Assembly: GCA_951406725.2 (NCBI GenBank)
Contig: OX597843.1
Span: forward strand, 13,640,001 to 13,704,000
Source of the DNA: Octopus vulgaris
Lineage: Eukaryota
DNA length: 64,000 nt
Direction: 5' to 3'
The translations under genes were made by a program, and so were the position numbers. Positions 12,551 to 26,368 of the stretch are shown here, one piece after another (the first letter of the stretch is position 1; the number at the start of each line of letters is the position of its first letter). Under the pieces are notes generated by a model that made no database searches, had not been told where the DNA came from, and saw nothing but the letters and a program-made list of their open reading frames with translations.

Positions 12551-14149
12551 GGTCCCCGGGGTATGTACAAATCGGCAGAGGTAAAGATCATGGACCGCAC
12601 CCCCTTTAGGATATTTTTTTGGTCTTATTTTTACATGAACACAATATATCGAGGGCGGAGATTCCGAATCAGCAAAAAGATCTGCATTTCAAAATTTATA
12701 TTGTACAGGCCAAAAAAACAAAACAAAAAAAAACAAAAAATACGTAAATGACAAAACACACCTTTACTCCCTCCCTCCATTCCCCCCTCTCTCTCTCCAC
12801 ACGAAATCAAAGGGTTCTTGTTTCCCGCTTAAAATTTCGGCGCGAAAAATTGCTAAAGGAAAGTGAAAACGATGTTATTTCAAAACTGTTTTGCAGCTTA
12901 GGTCTTATATATCCTGGGAATCTATATATCCAGTAATTTTAGTAGGTATGTAAAAGATATTGTTTTGACTTCTTTCACACAAACACTAACATGGTTTATT
13001 TTTGTCTAGACATCGTTACCACTAATTTTTATAATGTCAGCATTTGTTTATTATTCTTTACGAACTTTTCAAACGTATTTTTGCAAAATATCACCTTAAA
13101 ATATGTGTAAAGAAAGGGGGCTGATGCAGTTTCGCACCTCACCTTCAAAAGTGCATTTTTAAAAAACATTTTTTCGGAAACGTATACATGTGTGTATATA
13201 TGGATGTATGTATGTATATAATATGTGTATCTATCTTTCTATAGATAGAGAGAGAATGTTATAATGGAACTGAAGGCTTGTGATGTCTGTGGAGTATCTC
13301 CTTCTCCCATTACAATTATTCCTGTAGTCTTAAGGATCTGGAACACGAAGAAGCTTACAAGCAGAGAGCAATTCAATAGGCGTTTATTGTTAGTTCTCGT
13401 TCATGTCGCTCGCTTCCAGTGACCATCTTTATGGCAGCATGTGGTTCGTTATGGCTCCGTTCATTTCAGGTTCATTATAGGCCTCGAAACCGGTTTTATA
13501 TTATGATCAGTAAAACCGAAACCGATTTGCCAAAACCGATTTTAAGGCTTGCTGTTTCGGATCTTTTCAATAAAAGATGTTTTATGTAACACATTCTGCC
13601 AGTACACGAAGTTCAAAAGTGTTTAATTACAAATAACTATTTTTAAAATGTACCGGTCAAAGTGAAAAGATCTGCTGTTTCTTTCTTTTTTTTTCGCAAA
13701 ACATTTTTCCATTTTTTCTTTTCAAGAAATATCGTTGAAATTGAACTAACTGAACTGTTGTCGGTCGCCTTTAGTTGAGAGTGCTGTCTGTTTCATTGAA
13801 ACATATCAATTCTCACCTTCTTTCCCCTTGAACCTGAGATCAGCACCTTGTCACCGCCTTCGCTAACCCCTGGCTGACTCTTTGAATTTACAGGTAACTG
13901 AGTTTATTCATAGCAAGTCAAGGGGATGCTGTCAGTCTTCACTCAGGTGATCTTTCCCGTTGAGCATATGTAATAACCAGTTTCAGATTCATTTCAAGGA
14001 AGTAACACTAAATTTTTTGATAAAAAAAGTCAAGAGATCGCCATAACAGACGATAGTGATCGACATAACAGACGATAGTGATGATGAAGCTGACATAAGC
14101 CAACAAGACATACTTTGTCAAACAGATTTGGCTCACGAAAATGCTTGTT

Positions 14150-14960
14150 TTCCCCAGCTAAAACCTGAATTTAACTAAGTTTTAAATAAGGTAAGAAAAA
14201 TTTCAAAACTTTTCCATAAATTTCCTACAAAAAAAAAAGAAATTTTGCAAGATTTTGTACGAGCGAACTTCGATAGCAGAGAATATAAACTTACACTGGA
14301 TTGCAGAACTCGGTGGAATGACACATTTCATATGATTGAGAGATTTTTGAAATTGAAAAGCTGCATTCCAAATGCTCTACGAGCAGAACTTTCCACAGAT
14401 GCCCATCGCTGACGAAGAACGGAAATCTCTCGATTTACTATATGAAATTCTGCATCCAGTAGAAATTATTTTGAAGGCTATTTGCGCTGATGATACGGGT
14501 TTACTGAAAGAGGAATATTCTATAGAATTTTTATTGAGTAAACTTAATATCGTCGGCAACCCTTTGGCTCTAAATCTTCGTGAAAGACTTATGCATAGAT
14601 ATAATAAGAGAAGAAATGTGGAAACCTTGACTCTCTTGAGGTATTTACATAACGCAAGGAAGTTTAAAGGTGAATCAATTTCTGGACCTTTTCTTTTTTT
14701 AACGAAACAACATTTAAGGAAGAATGCTGAACAAACATATAGGAGATTATTTCCTGAACATGATGCTGAGAACACAACAGAATTATACAAAGAAAATAAA
14801 ATAGGAGGGAACCTAAAAACAAGTGTTACTGTTGTCCCATCTACTTATGAAGGTAATGGACTCATTCGTGAATACACAAGCGCAATGAAGAAAATGAATG
14901 AAGAGCCCAAGATGGTAACAGATGGATTTGAAATCTCTAAAGAATTCGGGTACTATTTAA
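14150..14960 (+). pseudogene. hAT transposase remnant
   Basis: LDCRTRWNDTFHMIERFLKLK at ~14295-14360, frameshifted into the 213-aa ORF. Confidence 0.8.
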
Positions 14961-15497
14961 GAAGAGTAATCCCAGTGCGTGCACTCGCGTACTCGCGCAT
15001 CCGCGCTAGCTAGTCGTAAGTAGTCGATCCTACAACGACTGCCTAGCAAAGTAAATAAAACACAAAATAAATAATTTTTTAACACAAAGTAAATAATTTT
15101 TTTAAAACAAAGTAAATGAAACACAAAATGGATCTTTTCCTTTTGAACGGCAGATGTCAACACAATTCCTAGTTAACTAAACACTTTTAAACTTCGTATA
15201 CTGGTTTTATTGAAAAAATTCTATAGTTTGTAAGATATTTCGTCTGAAAATCCGTGCATTTCGGCAATTTTAACCAATCGATTACCTCCATTCAACTAAA
15301 ATCATTTGCTGCGTCTAAAACTGAGACAACATCCTGTAACTAACCCTAAACCTCCCCCTAACCCTAACCCTAATTTTTTTTTTCTTAATTGTTAAATTAA
15401 TTTAATTGTTACGCATGTAAAAAAATCATTTTCCATTGCTTTCGGTTTTTTTACACGCATAACAATTAAATTAATTTAACAATTAGGAAAAAAAAAA

Positions 15498-16002
15498 TCA
15501 TCATCATCATCGTTTAACGTCCGCTTTCCATGCTAGCATGGGTTGGACGATTTTGTCTGAGGGCTGGCGAACCAGGCTCCAATCTTGATCTAGCAGAGTT
15601 TCTACAGCTGGATGCCCTTCCTAATGCCAACCACTCTGAGAGTGTAGTGGGTGCTTTTTACATGCCACCGGCATGGGGGCCAGTCAGGTGCCAGTAAGGT
15701 AACAATCACATTCGAACGGTGCCCTTTTACGGGCCGCTGACACTTTGCCAGTTGGCTGCTCTGGCAACGATCATGCTTGGATGGTGCTCTTGGCACCCTA
15801 CTAGCATGGGCACAAGTGTCAGTAAGGTGACGCTGGTAACGATCACACTGGAATGGTGCCTTTTATGTGCCATTGGCATGGAAGCTGGTGAGCCGCTCTG
15901 TCAACGATAACACTCGTATGGTGCTCTTTGCAACCTGCTAGCACGGATGCCAGTCATCGAATTTGATTTTGATTTCACTTGCCTCAACAGGTCTTTGCAA
16001 GC
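15498..16002 (-). mobile_element. 3'-UTR copy of the RTE family
   Basis: Aligns by eye to 24040-24505. Confidence 0.85.
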
Positions 16003-16046
16003 ATATATATGTATGTATATTATATATATATATATATATGTATGTA

Positions 16047-16126
<80 letters not shown>

Positions 16127-16140
16127 ATTACATACATACA

Positions 16141-16510
16141 GCGCAGGAGTGGCTGTGTGGTAAGTAGCTTGCTAACCAACCACACGGTTGCGGGTTCAGT
16201 CCCACTGCGTGGCATCTTGGGCAAGTGTCTTCTGCTATAGCCCCGGGCCGACCAATGCCTTGTGAGTGGATTTGGTAGACGGAAACTGAAAGAAGCCTGT
16301 CGTATATATGTATATATATGTATATGTGTGTGTGTTTGTGTGTCTGTGTTTGTCCCCCTTGCATTGCTTGACAACCGATGCTGGTGTGTTTACGTCCCCG
16401 TTACTTAGCGGTTCGGCAAAAAGAGACCGATAGAATAAGTACTAAAAGGTGGTGCTCCAGCATGGCTGCAGTCAAATGACTGAAACAAGTAAAAGAGTAA
16501 AGAGTAAAGA
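16141..16510 (+). mobile_element. SINE family A
   Basis: Same head and tail. Confidence 0.9.
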
Positions 16511-16615
16511 GAGAATATATATATAAATTTATATATATATGTATATACATATATAATATTTATAAATATATGTATATAATTTATATGTATAATAAATTTG
16601 TATATAATATATTTA

Positions 16616-16668
<53 letters not shown>

Positions 16669-16711
16669 GGGGGGAGCTACTTAGAAGTAAAAACAATAAG
16701 AATCTTCTTAC

Positions 16712-16847
16712 CGTCTGTGTCGATTCTGTGACAGCAGCTCCACCTATTTCTGCGATAGATTCCCGGATGGTAAGTCTTTAGCTGCTGTTTGTTGGCCGAG
16801 AAAGTCTTTCGGATTGCCGACAGCCAGGAATAGAGGTCATTGATGTC
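16712..16847 (-). CDS. RASAL1: RasGAP gene exon, PH end/BTK motif: DINDLYSWLSAIRK...YHPGIYRRNRWSCCHRIDTD
   Basis: CAG acceptor, GTAAG donor, 136 nt, phase 0 to 1; HPG...WxCC. Confidence 0.94.
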
Positions 16848-17008
16848 CTGTGAAGAAGATAAACATCACCATCACCATCACCATCATCATCATCATCATC
16901 TTTATTGCCATTATTACCATCAACTTCATTTTCAACACCACCATCAACCAATACTGGTTCTCAAGTAGTAGTGGGGGGGGGCAGACAGACAGACACACAT
17001 ACATACAC

Positions 17009-17407
17009 ACTCTTTTACTTGTTTCAGTCATTTGACTGCGGCCATGCTGGAGCACCGCCTTTAGTTGAGCAAATTGACCCCAGGACTTATTCTTTGTAAG
17101 CCCAGTACTTATTCTATCGGTCTCTTTTGCCGAACCGCAAAATGATGGGGACGTAAACACACTAGCATCGGTTGTCAAGCAATGCTAGGGGGACAAACAC
17201 AGACACACAAACATATACACACACATACATATATATACATATATACGACAGGATTCTTTCAGTTTCCGTCTACCAAATCCACTCACAAGGCATTGGTTGG
17301 CCCGGGGCTATAGCAGAAGACACTTGTCCAAGATGCCATGCAGTGGGACTGAACCCGGAACCATGTGGTTGGTTAGCAAGCTACTTATCACACAGCCACT
17401 CCTGCGC
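17009..17407 (-). mobile_element. SINE family A
   Basis: Reverse-complement copy. Confidence 0.9.
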
Positions 17408-17682
17408 CGTACATACATACACACACACATATGATTTAGTTACAAGGATTCAGTCGGATTGATGTTGGATTTCTCCAGATCAGTATAAGAAATCTCACCT
17501 GTTTAAAATGTTATCTGATGATGGTGGATTGTATGTTATGATGTAATCTTCTTTGAATACATTGATAAGATTTTGCTGAAACAGCTGTGGTAAATTTTAT
17601 ATACCATTTTCTGTTTACATATATTTGTGCTCGTGTGTGTGTGTATGTGTGTTATGTACTTAAAAACTCAAAGTGAACTAAC

Positions 17683-17820
17683 CTTAGCTTGGAAATACAG
17701 AATTTCCAGTTCATTGTCAGGTGTTTGGCTTATCAGTTGACCGATATTATCTTTGCCAAATGCACTGTAATCTAGACGCTCCACCGCACAAATTTGGTCC
17801 GTTAGTTTCACAGACTGCAC
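17683..17820 (-). CDS. RASAL1: RasGAP gene exon, PH: VQSVKLTDQICAVERLDYSAF...LEILYFQAK
   Basis: TTCAG acceptor, GTTAGT donor, 138 nt; IxAVExxD and LYxQ motifs. Confidence 0.93.
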
Positions 17821-17932
17821 CTGAAGAAATATATGAGAGTGAGAGTATACATACATACATACATATATACGCACACACACACCTATATATAATTAACAAA
17901 ATAAGAGGAGTGAGAGAAGAAATGTTAATTCC

Positions 17933-18054
17933 ATTTGTCTACAGCTGTTTCATGATCTGTGTACAGTTACATCTGTGATGCTAAATCGTTCAAGACACAT
18001 ATAAGCATACATATAAATGTATATGCAAGTATAATTGTGTTCATCAGAACATAT
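17933..18054 (-). ncRNA. Hammerhead-like motif with long stem-II insert
   Basis: ATATGTT-CTGATGA-~89 nt-GAAACAGCTGTA-GACAAAT. Confidence 0.4.
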
Positions 18055-18185
18055 CAGGGCAGATAAACATGAAACTCTGGTAAATTTAGCAGTTTCCTCA
18101 TTATACATTATATATATATATATACACATATATATATATGTATGTATGTATATATATAATATATATATGTGTGTGTGTGTATATA

Positions 18186-19278
18186 TAGTAGTGCCCATAA
18201 TGTAAGGGTCAGTAAGAACAAGTGTATTGAAATATTTATTATAGAAGATTAACAAAATGTTGAGATTAGATATTTTACACATCTTTAGATATGTCTAATA
18301 TCTATCTTTCCTGAAAATTTCAAGTGAATGGAATAAATATTTCGTAAGTTATGAGGAAATAAATAAACAATCTTCCAAACTGCAACGGCCAAAAGTTAAG
18401 GGTCACTTAGAAAAAATATGAAAAATGGAACAAGAACAAAAAAAGAAACCCTTACTATTAATATTTTGTGAAGATCCCTTTACTATCAATGACCTCCTGA
18501 CATCTGTTACCACAGGACTGAATTAATTTCTTGCAAAATGATGGAGTTATATTGTTCCATTCATATTTCAATAATTCCCAGAGTTCTTTGGATTTCTCCT
18601 TTGTACTCCAACTCCAATGATCTCCCAAATATTTTCCATAGGGTTGATATGAGGACTTTGAGGTGACCAGTCCGTGAGATCAACCCCTTCATCACTCAAA
18701 AAGTCTTTGACTCTCTTTGCAGTGTGATGGAGTGTTGTCCTGCATGGAGATAGGCGGTTGAATTGACGAGGATCGGAGATGTGGAAGGGCATGCTGTCTA
18801 AGAATCTGCATGTAGGGTTCAGCATTGACAGTCCCTTGTAGGCAAATAAGTGGACCAGGACCAGCAGCAGAGATCACTCCCTTCACCATTACACAGCCTC
18901 CTCCATATTTTACTGTCTTCTTTACACATGCACGAGATAACCTTTCACCACTTCTTCGTTGGATGTTCATCCTACCATCGGATCCAATCACATTAAACTT
19001 CAATTCATCTCTAAAATGGATCTGTGACCACTGCTCGTCTGTCCAAATGACATGTTCATGAGTGAAATGAAGACGGGCTCTTTGATTCTTCTTGGAGATC
19101 AGATCCCTCTTTACCAGTGCTTGAGCAAGCAACCCAGAACCTTGTAACCTCCGAGAACTGTTTTGCGTGATACATTGACATCGGAAGTGGAGCTAAACTC
19201 ATGGGATATCTCAGCAGCACTCTTAAACCTATCCTTCAGTGACATTCTAACCATAACACAGTCCCTGTTTTGATGAAG
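18186..19278 (-). mobile_element. Decayed Tc1 transposase fragment
   Basis: ORF track: WSQIHFRDELKFN, KTVKYGGGCVMV, MQDNTPSH, WSPQSPHINPMENIW; frameshifted; cut on the 5' side by a LINE. Confidence 0.9.
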
Positions 19279-19284
19279 TTATCA

Positions 19285-19925
19285 TTATCATCATCACCAT
19301 CATCATCATCATTGTTCGACCATGGTTGAGACAATGGAATTTACCATGCTACGCCAGACTTCACGGTCCATCATGGCATTACGGAGGTCCTGTTGCTGGA
19401 TGCCTGTATCCCTGGAGATTACATCAGGGTAAGAGAGTGTGTGCCCTCTGGTATTGCAAGTAGATGGCTTCCAGAGAAGAGTAGAAATTACCTCTTTTTC
19501 AGCTCTACAACAATGTCCAGCAAACTGGACTCTCCTACCTTTCACAAGAGATGACACAGGTGGTAGTTTCCCATATATTTGCATTTTGGTTGGATGGCGC
19601 TTCCACAAGAGATTTTGAGCTCTCATAAGGAGGCGAGTGTAGGTTCCATCCAACCGCCTCTCAAGCTTCTTTGATAGCGTCCAGGTTTCTGAGCCATGTA
19701 GTAGAATTGGTTCGACTGTGGCTTTGAAGATTTCAAGTTTGAAGTCTCTACTTAGATTTGATGACCAGATCTTATGCATGTCATTACAGGCTGACCAGGC
19801 CATACCCTTTCTAGTTAGAAAATCTTTTCCAGATGATGATATGTATGACCCAAGATATTTGTAATCAGAAACCATATTTAAGGGCGCACTGTTGAGAGTG
19901 AGTATGATTGCATCATCCATACTCT
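19285..19925 (-). mobile_element. 5'-truncated RTE-like LINE (post-RT C-terminus, (GAT)n tail)
   Basis: YKYLGS, ILLHGSETWTL, FAGHC motifs, then stop and TGA repeats. Confidence 0.88.
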
Positions 19926-20243
19926 CAACAATGCGCCCTCATCATCACCACCACTACCAGTGGATTTGGTAGATGGAAACTAAAAGAAGCTCTTCATACC
20001 CCATCACTTGACAACCGGTGTTAGCCTGTTTATATCTCTGTAACTTAGCAGTTCAACAAAAAGACCGATAGAATAAATAATAGGCTTGAAAAAAAAAATC
20101 CTAGGATGGATTCACTCAACCAAAATCCTTCAAGGCAGTGCTCCAGCATGGCTGCAGTCTAATGGTAGAAACAAGCGAAAAACAAAAAAAAAACAATAGT
20201 CACAAGAATAAAAGATAAAATAAAAGAGAAAACATTGACCAAC

Positions 20244-20431
20244 CTTACTCTCTGGAAGAGGAGAATAGCGCAGTTCTTTGTAGGTAAGCCAGAAATATTG
20301 TGGCTTGAAGGAGAAGGAGAATGATAGCCGGTTGAGCAATTTTTTGGAAGAGTATCGACATTTGTGGAGGTATCCCTCTTTTAAGATGACCCCTGAGTAA
20401 AATGGTTGTCGGTTCGGGAAGTATCTAAGTG
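20244..20431 (-). CDS. RASAL1: RasGAP gene exon, PH start: LRYFPNRQPFYSGVILKEGYLHK...FKPQYFWLTYKELRYSPLPESK
   Basis: TACAG acceptor; GTTGGT donor chosen because only it keeps phase 0 with the next exon; 188 nt. Confidence 0.88.
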
Positions 20432-20520
20432 CTGTAATGGAGAAAAGGAGATACCGGTGGTGTTAGTGGGGCTTCTAGTTGCAGGGGGTTAAAGCATGTA
20501 CACATACACGAACATATATA

Positions 20521-20934
20521 TGTTTCTTTATTGCCCACAAGGGGCTAAACACAGAGGGGGACAAACAAGGACAGACAAACGGATTAAGTCGATTATATCG
20601 ACCCCAGTGCATAACTGGTACTTATTTAATCGTCCCAGAAAGAATGAAAAGCAAAGTCGAACTCGATGGAATTTGAACTCAGAACGTAATGGCAGACGAT
20701 ATACCTATATCTTTACTACCCACAAGGGGCTAAACACAGAAGAGACAAACAAGGACAGACAAACGGATTAAGTCGATTACATTGACCCCAGTGCATAACT
20801 GGTACTTAATTGACACCGAAAGGATGAAAGGCTAAGTCGACCTCGGCGGAATTTGAACTCAGAACGGAACGACAGACGAAATACGGCTACGCATTTCGCC
20901 TGACCTGCTAACGTTTATGCCAGCTCGCCGCCTT
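20521..20934 (-). mobile_element. SINE family B with two tandem bodies
   Basis: Two units plus head; flanking direct repeat ATACACGRACATATATA. Confidence 0.88.
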
Positions 20935-21794
20935 ATACACGGACATATATAGACATACATAAATATGTGTCTTTACACACACACACACATACACAAACAG
21001 TAAGAGAAGAAATATGTGTTCTAGTTGTTGACAGCTGTTTCGCAGTCTGTATCTAGATACGTCAGTGATGCTAAAACATCCAACACGCACACATAAATAT
21101 GCATATAGATGTACATATATAAATATAATTCCAATTCTATATGTATTTTTTTGTTATGTGCATTGGATGTTTTAATGGTGCTGCAACTTAAAACAGATTA
21201 TGAAACAGCTGTCAACAAATGAAATGAACATTTCTTCTCTCACTTCTCTTATTGTGTTTAATATTATAAGCTCTCCACGATTCTGATTCCTGGATTTTCA
21301 GAACAATGGTAATGTTGACCTCTAGTCTCAACCACTGTTTTTCTAGGTGTACACCAGGTGGAGAGCTTACTATGAGCTCTGTTTGATTCTTTGAATCCAA
21401 ATTCCTGTTGTGTGTAGTACGTGTGTGCATATATATATATATATATATTGTGTATGTGTGTGTGTGTGTGTGTGTATGTATGTACACACACACACACACA
21501 CACACACAGAGTCAAATGTCAATAACCTGAATTTTGGTTTATCCAAACAAGATCTGTGATTCTAGTTTTGTTGTTGAGTATCAGTTTATGCATAATTTGG
21601 CTCATTAAATAATCAGGGGACTGTATCTACACACACGTGTGCACACACACGTGTGCACATCATTTGTAATTGGAAGAAGTTAGAAATTAAAAATAATAAA
21701 ATGTGTACTTATATATATATCTGCATTAACTACTCAAGCCATTACATTTGTGAGTTTGTGTGTGTATGGTTATATATTTACATATATATGTATA

Positions 21795-21849
<55 letters not shown>

Positions 21850-22236
21850 AGATAGATAAATACATAGATAGATATACATATATATATATAAATATGTATA
21901 TACAAATGCATAGATATATATACACACACACACATACATACATACACATGTGGGGAAAGAGAGAGAATGAGATAACAATATAAGTGTGTGTTTATATATA
22001 CACATACACACGTATATACATGCACACACACACATGCATATATAAATCTATTTGATGAAGGAGAGAGAGAGACAGAAGATGGAAGATACGAGGATGTTTA
22101 TTGATTACCTCAATTGTTTCGACCTCTCTCACCTGTGCTGGTCAACAAACATTCTCATATCGTTCATGTTTTGTCTCTCTCCCATTAATCAAATACCCAA
22201 TGGACACTGTGAAAATGCATGTGCTTTACCTGTAAA

Positions 22237-23023
22237 CCTATTTCTTTACTACCCACAAGGGACTAAACACAGAGGGGACGAACAAGGACAGACAAACGGA
22301 TTAAGTCGATTACATCGACTCCAGTGCATAACTGGTACTTTATTTATCGACCCCGAAAGGATGAAAGGCAAAGTGGACCTCGGCGGAATTTGAACTCAGA
22401 ATGGAGCGGCAGACGCAATACCTATTTCTTTATTGCCCACAAGGGGCTAAACAAAGAGGGGACAAACAAGGACAGACAAACGGATTAAGTCGATTACATC
22501 GACCCCAGTGCATAACTGGTACTTTATTTATCGACCCCGAAAGGATGAAAGGCAAAGTCGACCTCGGCGGAATTTGAACTCAGAATGGAGCGGCAGACGC
22601 AATACCTATTTCTTTATTGCCCACAAGGGGCTAAACAAAGAGGGGACAAACAAGGACAGACAAACGGATTAAGTCGATTACATCGACCCCAGTGCATAAC
22701 TGGTACTTTATTTATCGACCCCGAAAGGATGAAAGGCAAAGTCGACCTCGGCGGAATTTGAACTCAGAATGGAGCGGCAGACGCAATACCTATTTCTTTA
22801 TTGCCCACAAGGGGCTAAACAAAGAGGGGACAAACAAGGACAGACAAACGGATTAAGTCGATTACATCGACCCCAGTGCATAACTGGTACTTTATTTATC
22901 AACTCTGAAAGGATGAAAGGCAAAGTCGACCTCGGCGAAATTTGAACTCAGAACGTAGCGGCAGACGAAATACGGGTACGCATTTTGCCCGGCGTGCTAA
23001 CGATTCTGCCAGCTCTCGCCGCC
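22237..23023 (-). mobile_element. SINE family B with four tandem 184-bp bodies and one head
   Basis: Units start at 22237, 22421, 22605, 22789; flanking direct repeat TTTACCTGTAAA. Confidence 0.92.
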
Positions 23024-23135
23024 TTTACCTGTAAACCACCAGGTGTTTACCATACCATTTGATATCTAATAATACACACCTGTATGTATGTATATACGTA
23101 TGTGTGTGTATATATATATGTATGTTTATACTTAC

Positions 23136-23274
23136 TGTTGTCTGTGCTGATGTCTGTTAGTGTGTCAATGAATGTCCGAACATCATCAATCTTTTCTCGT
23201 ACAAAGTCATGGAGAGGTTGGAGCCATTGCTCTTTACCAACAGGTTCTGAGAGGTTACCAATGGTCTGGGTTAC
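23136..23274 (-). CDS. RASAL1: RasGAP gene exon: VTQTIGNLSEPVGKEQWLQPLHDFV...DISTDN
   Basis: CAG acceptor, GTAAGT donor, 139 nt, phase 0 to 1; QxxGN and KExW motifs. Confidence 0.94.
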
Positions 23275-23389
23275 CTGGGAATAAAGGGACACTCACATTA
23301 GTGATTGATGCCTACTAAGCTGTGTGTATATGTGTGTATCTGCATGCAAGTTTATATGTTTATGGCTGCACACACACTCACACACGCAC

Positions 23390-23905
<516 letters not shown>

Positions 23906-24034
23906 TTAGTCAGTATGTCTATATATTCTGAGTATTCCAAACGTATCCTAATGTAATCCTTGTATTGTCCTTTGTATACACCCTGATGATTTTCCACCCA
24001 GGGTATTTTAAATGCAAAATTATATATTTATATA

Positions 24035-25795
24035 TCACCATCATCATCGTTTAACGTCCGCTTTCCATGCTAGCATGGGTTGGACGATTTGACTGAGGTC
24101 CGGCGAACCAGACTCAAATCTGATCTGGCAGAGTTTCTACAGCTGGATGCCCTTCCTAATGCCAACCACTCCGAGAGTTTAGTGGGTGCTTTTACGTGCC
24201 ACCGGCATGAGGGCCTGTTGAGTGGTACTAGCAAAGGCCACGCTCAAATGGTGCTTTTTATGTGCCACCTGCACAGGAGCCAGTCCAGTGGCACTGGCAA
24301 CGACCTCGCTCGAATGTTTTTTTTCACAAGGTGACACAGGTAACGATCATGCTTGAATGGTGCTTTTTGCGTGCCACTGGCACGAAGGCCAGCTTGTTGC
24401 TCTGGCAATGATCTCATTCATATGGTGCTCTTAGCGCTCCACTAGCATGGATGCCAGTCACCGAGTTTGATTTCGATTTCACTTGCCTCAACTGGTCTTC
24501 GCAAGCAGAGTTTAGTGTCCAGTGAAGGAAAGGCACACATAAGTGGCATAGGCCACAAGATTATGGTCTCATTTAGCTTGCCGAGTCTTCTCAAGCACAG
24601 CATATTTCCAACGGTCCCGGTCGCTAGTCATTGCCTCAGTGAGGCCCAATGTTTGAAGGTCATGCTTCACCACCTCATCCCAGGTCTTCCTGGGTCTACC
24701 CCTTCCACAGGTTCCCTCAACTGCTAGGGTGTGGCACTTTTTCACACAACTATCTTCATCCATTCTCACCACATGACCATATCAGCGCAGTCGTCTCTCT
24801 TGCACACCACATCTGATGCTTCTTAGGTCCAACTTTTCTCTCAAGGTACTTACACTCTGTCGAGTATGAACACTGACATTACACATCCATCGGAGCTGGC
24901 TTCATTCCTTGTGAGCTTACGCATATCCACAGCAGTCATGGCCCATGTTTCACTGCCATGTAGCATGGCTGTTTGTACACATGCGTCATACAGTCTGCCT
25001 TTTGTTCTGAGCGAGAGGCCTTTTGTCACCAGCAGAGGTAAGGGTTCTCAAACTTTGCCCAAGCTATTCTTATTTTAGCAGCTACACTTTCAGTGCACCC
25101 TCCTCTGCTACTGACTTGGTTACCTAGGTAACGGAAGCTATCAACTACTTCTAGTTTTCCTCCCTGGAATGTGGCGGAAGTTGTTCTCTGCGCATTTTCA
25201 GTGTTTATTGCTCCTGAGCATCGGTCACATACAAAAACCATCTTCTCAGTTAGCCTTCCTTTGATATTACTGCACCTCTTATGTGTCCATAGCTTACACT
25301 GGGTACATCTTATAGAGTTTCTACCTACGCCTGTTCTAAGATCGTTTGCCTACTTATTATTGGTTTGCCTGCCTTCCTACTTATTACGACTTTGGTTTTA
25401 GCTAGGTTGACTCTAAGGCCCTTCGATTCTAATCCTTGCCTCCACACCTGAAACTTCTCCTCTAGTTCTGATAGTGACTCATTAGAGCAAGGTCATCAGC
25501 ATAGAGGAGCTCCCAGGGACATCCTGTCTTGAATTCCTTCGTTATTGCCTGGAGGATTATGATAAATAGGAGCGGGGCTGAGGACTGAACCTTGGTGGAC
25601 CCCTACCTCTACTCGGAATTCTTCACTGTACTCGTTGCCAACCCTCACCTTACTGACAGCGTCCCTGTACATGGCTTGAACGACTATCACTAACCATTCA
25701 TCTATCCCTAGTTTCCTCATTGACCACCAGATAAGGGATCGGGGGACCCTGTCAAAGGCTTTGTCCATGTCAACGAAAGCCAGGTACAGGGGCTT
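24035..25795 (-). mobile_element. 5'-truncated, frameshifted RTE-clade LINE with long 3' UTR
   Basis: RT motifs FVDMDKAFDRVP, GVHQGSVLSP, LLYADD; Cys-rich segment; RGRPRKTW; (GAT)n tail. Confidence 0.92.
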
Positions 25796-25931
25796 GTAAT
25801 TTTGATTTTGTTTATGAAATGAATCAATTGTAGTTGAACATGTTAATTAATTAATTAATAAATTAATTTGTATCCATTAGATCTTTTTTCTAACTCAATG
25901 ATAATCTTATATATATATTTCTTTTCTTTCT

Positions 25932-26158
25932 TTCTTTTACTTGTTTCAGTCATTTGACTGCGGCCATGCTGGAGCACCGCCTTTAGTCAAGCAAATCGAC
26001 CCCAGGACTTATTCTTTGTAAGCCCAGTACTTATTCTATTGGTCTCTTTTGCCGAACCACTAAGTAACGGGGACATAAACACACCAGCATCGGTTGTCAA
26101 GCAATGCTAGGGGGACAAACACAGACACACAAACATATACACACACACACACACACAC

Positions 26159-26208
<50 letters not shown>

Positions 26209-26368
26209 GAAGGCTTCTTTCAGTTTCCATCTACCAAATCCACTCACAAGGCATTGGTCGGCCCGGGGCTATAGTAGAAGACACTTGCCCAAGATGCCAC
26301 GCAGTGGGACTGAACCCGGAATCTTGTGGTCTGTCAACAATCTACTTACCACACAGCCACTCCTGCGC
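25932..26368 (-). mobile_element. SINE family A
   Basis: Reverse-complement copy. Confidence 0.9.

Noticed and set aside
14372-15013. 213-aa ORF as a domesticated or host gene
   Set aside because: Frameshifted relative to the upstream hAT TRWN motif and lacks the rest of the transposase.
15338-15372. Interstitial telomere
   Set aside because: Only a few imperfect TAACCC units, internal to a foldback transposon.
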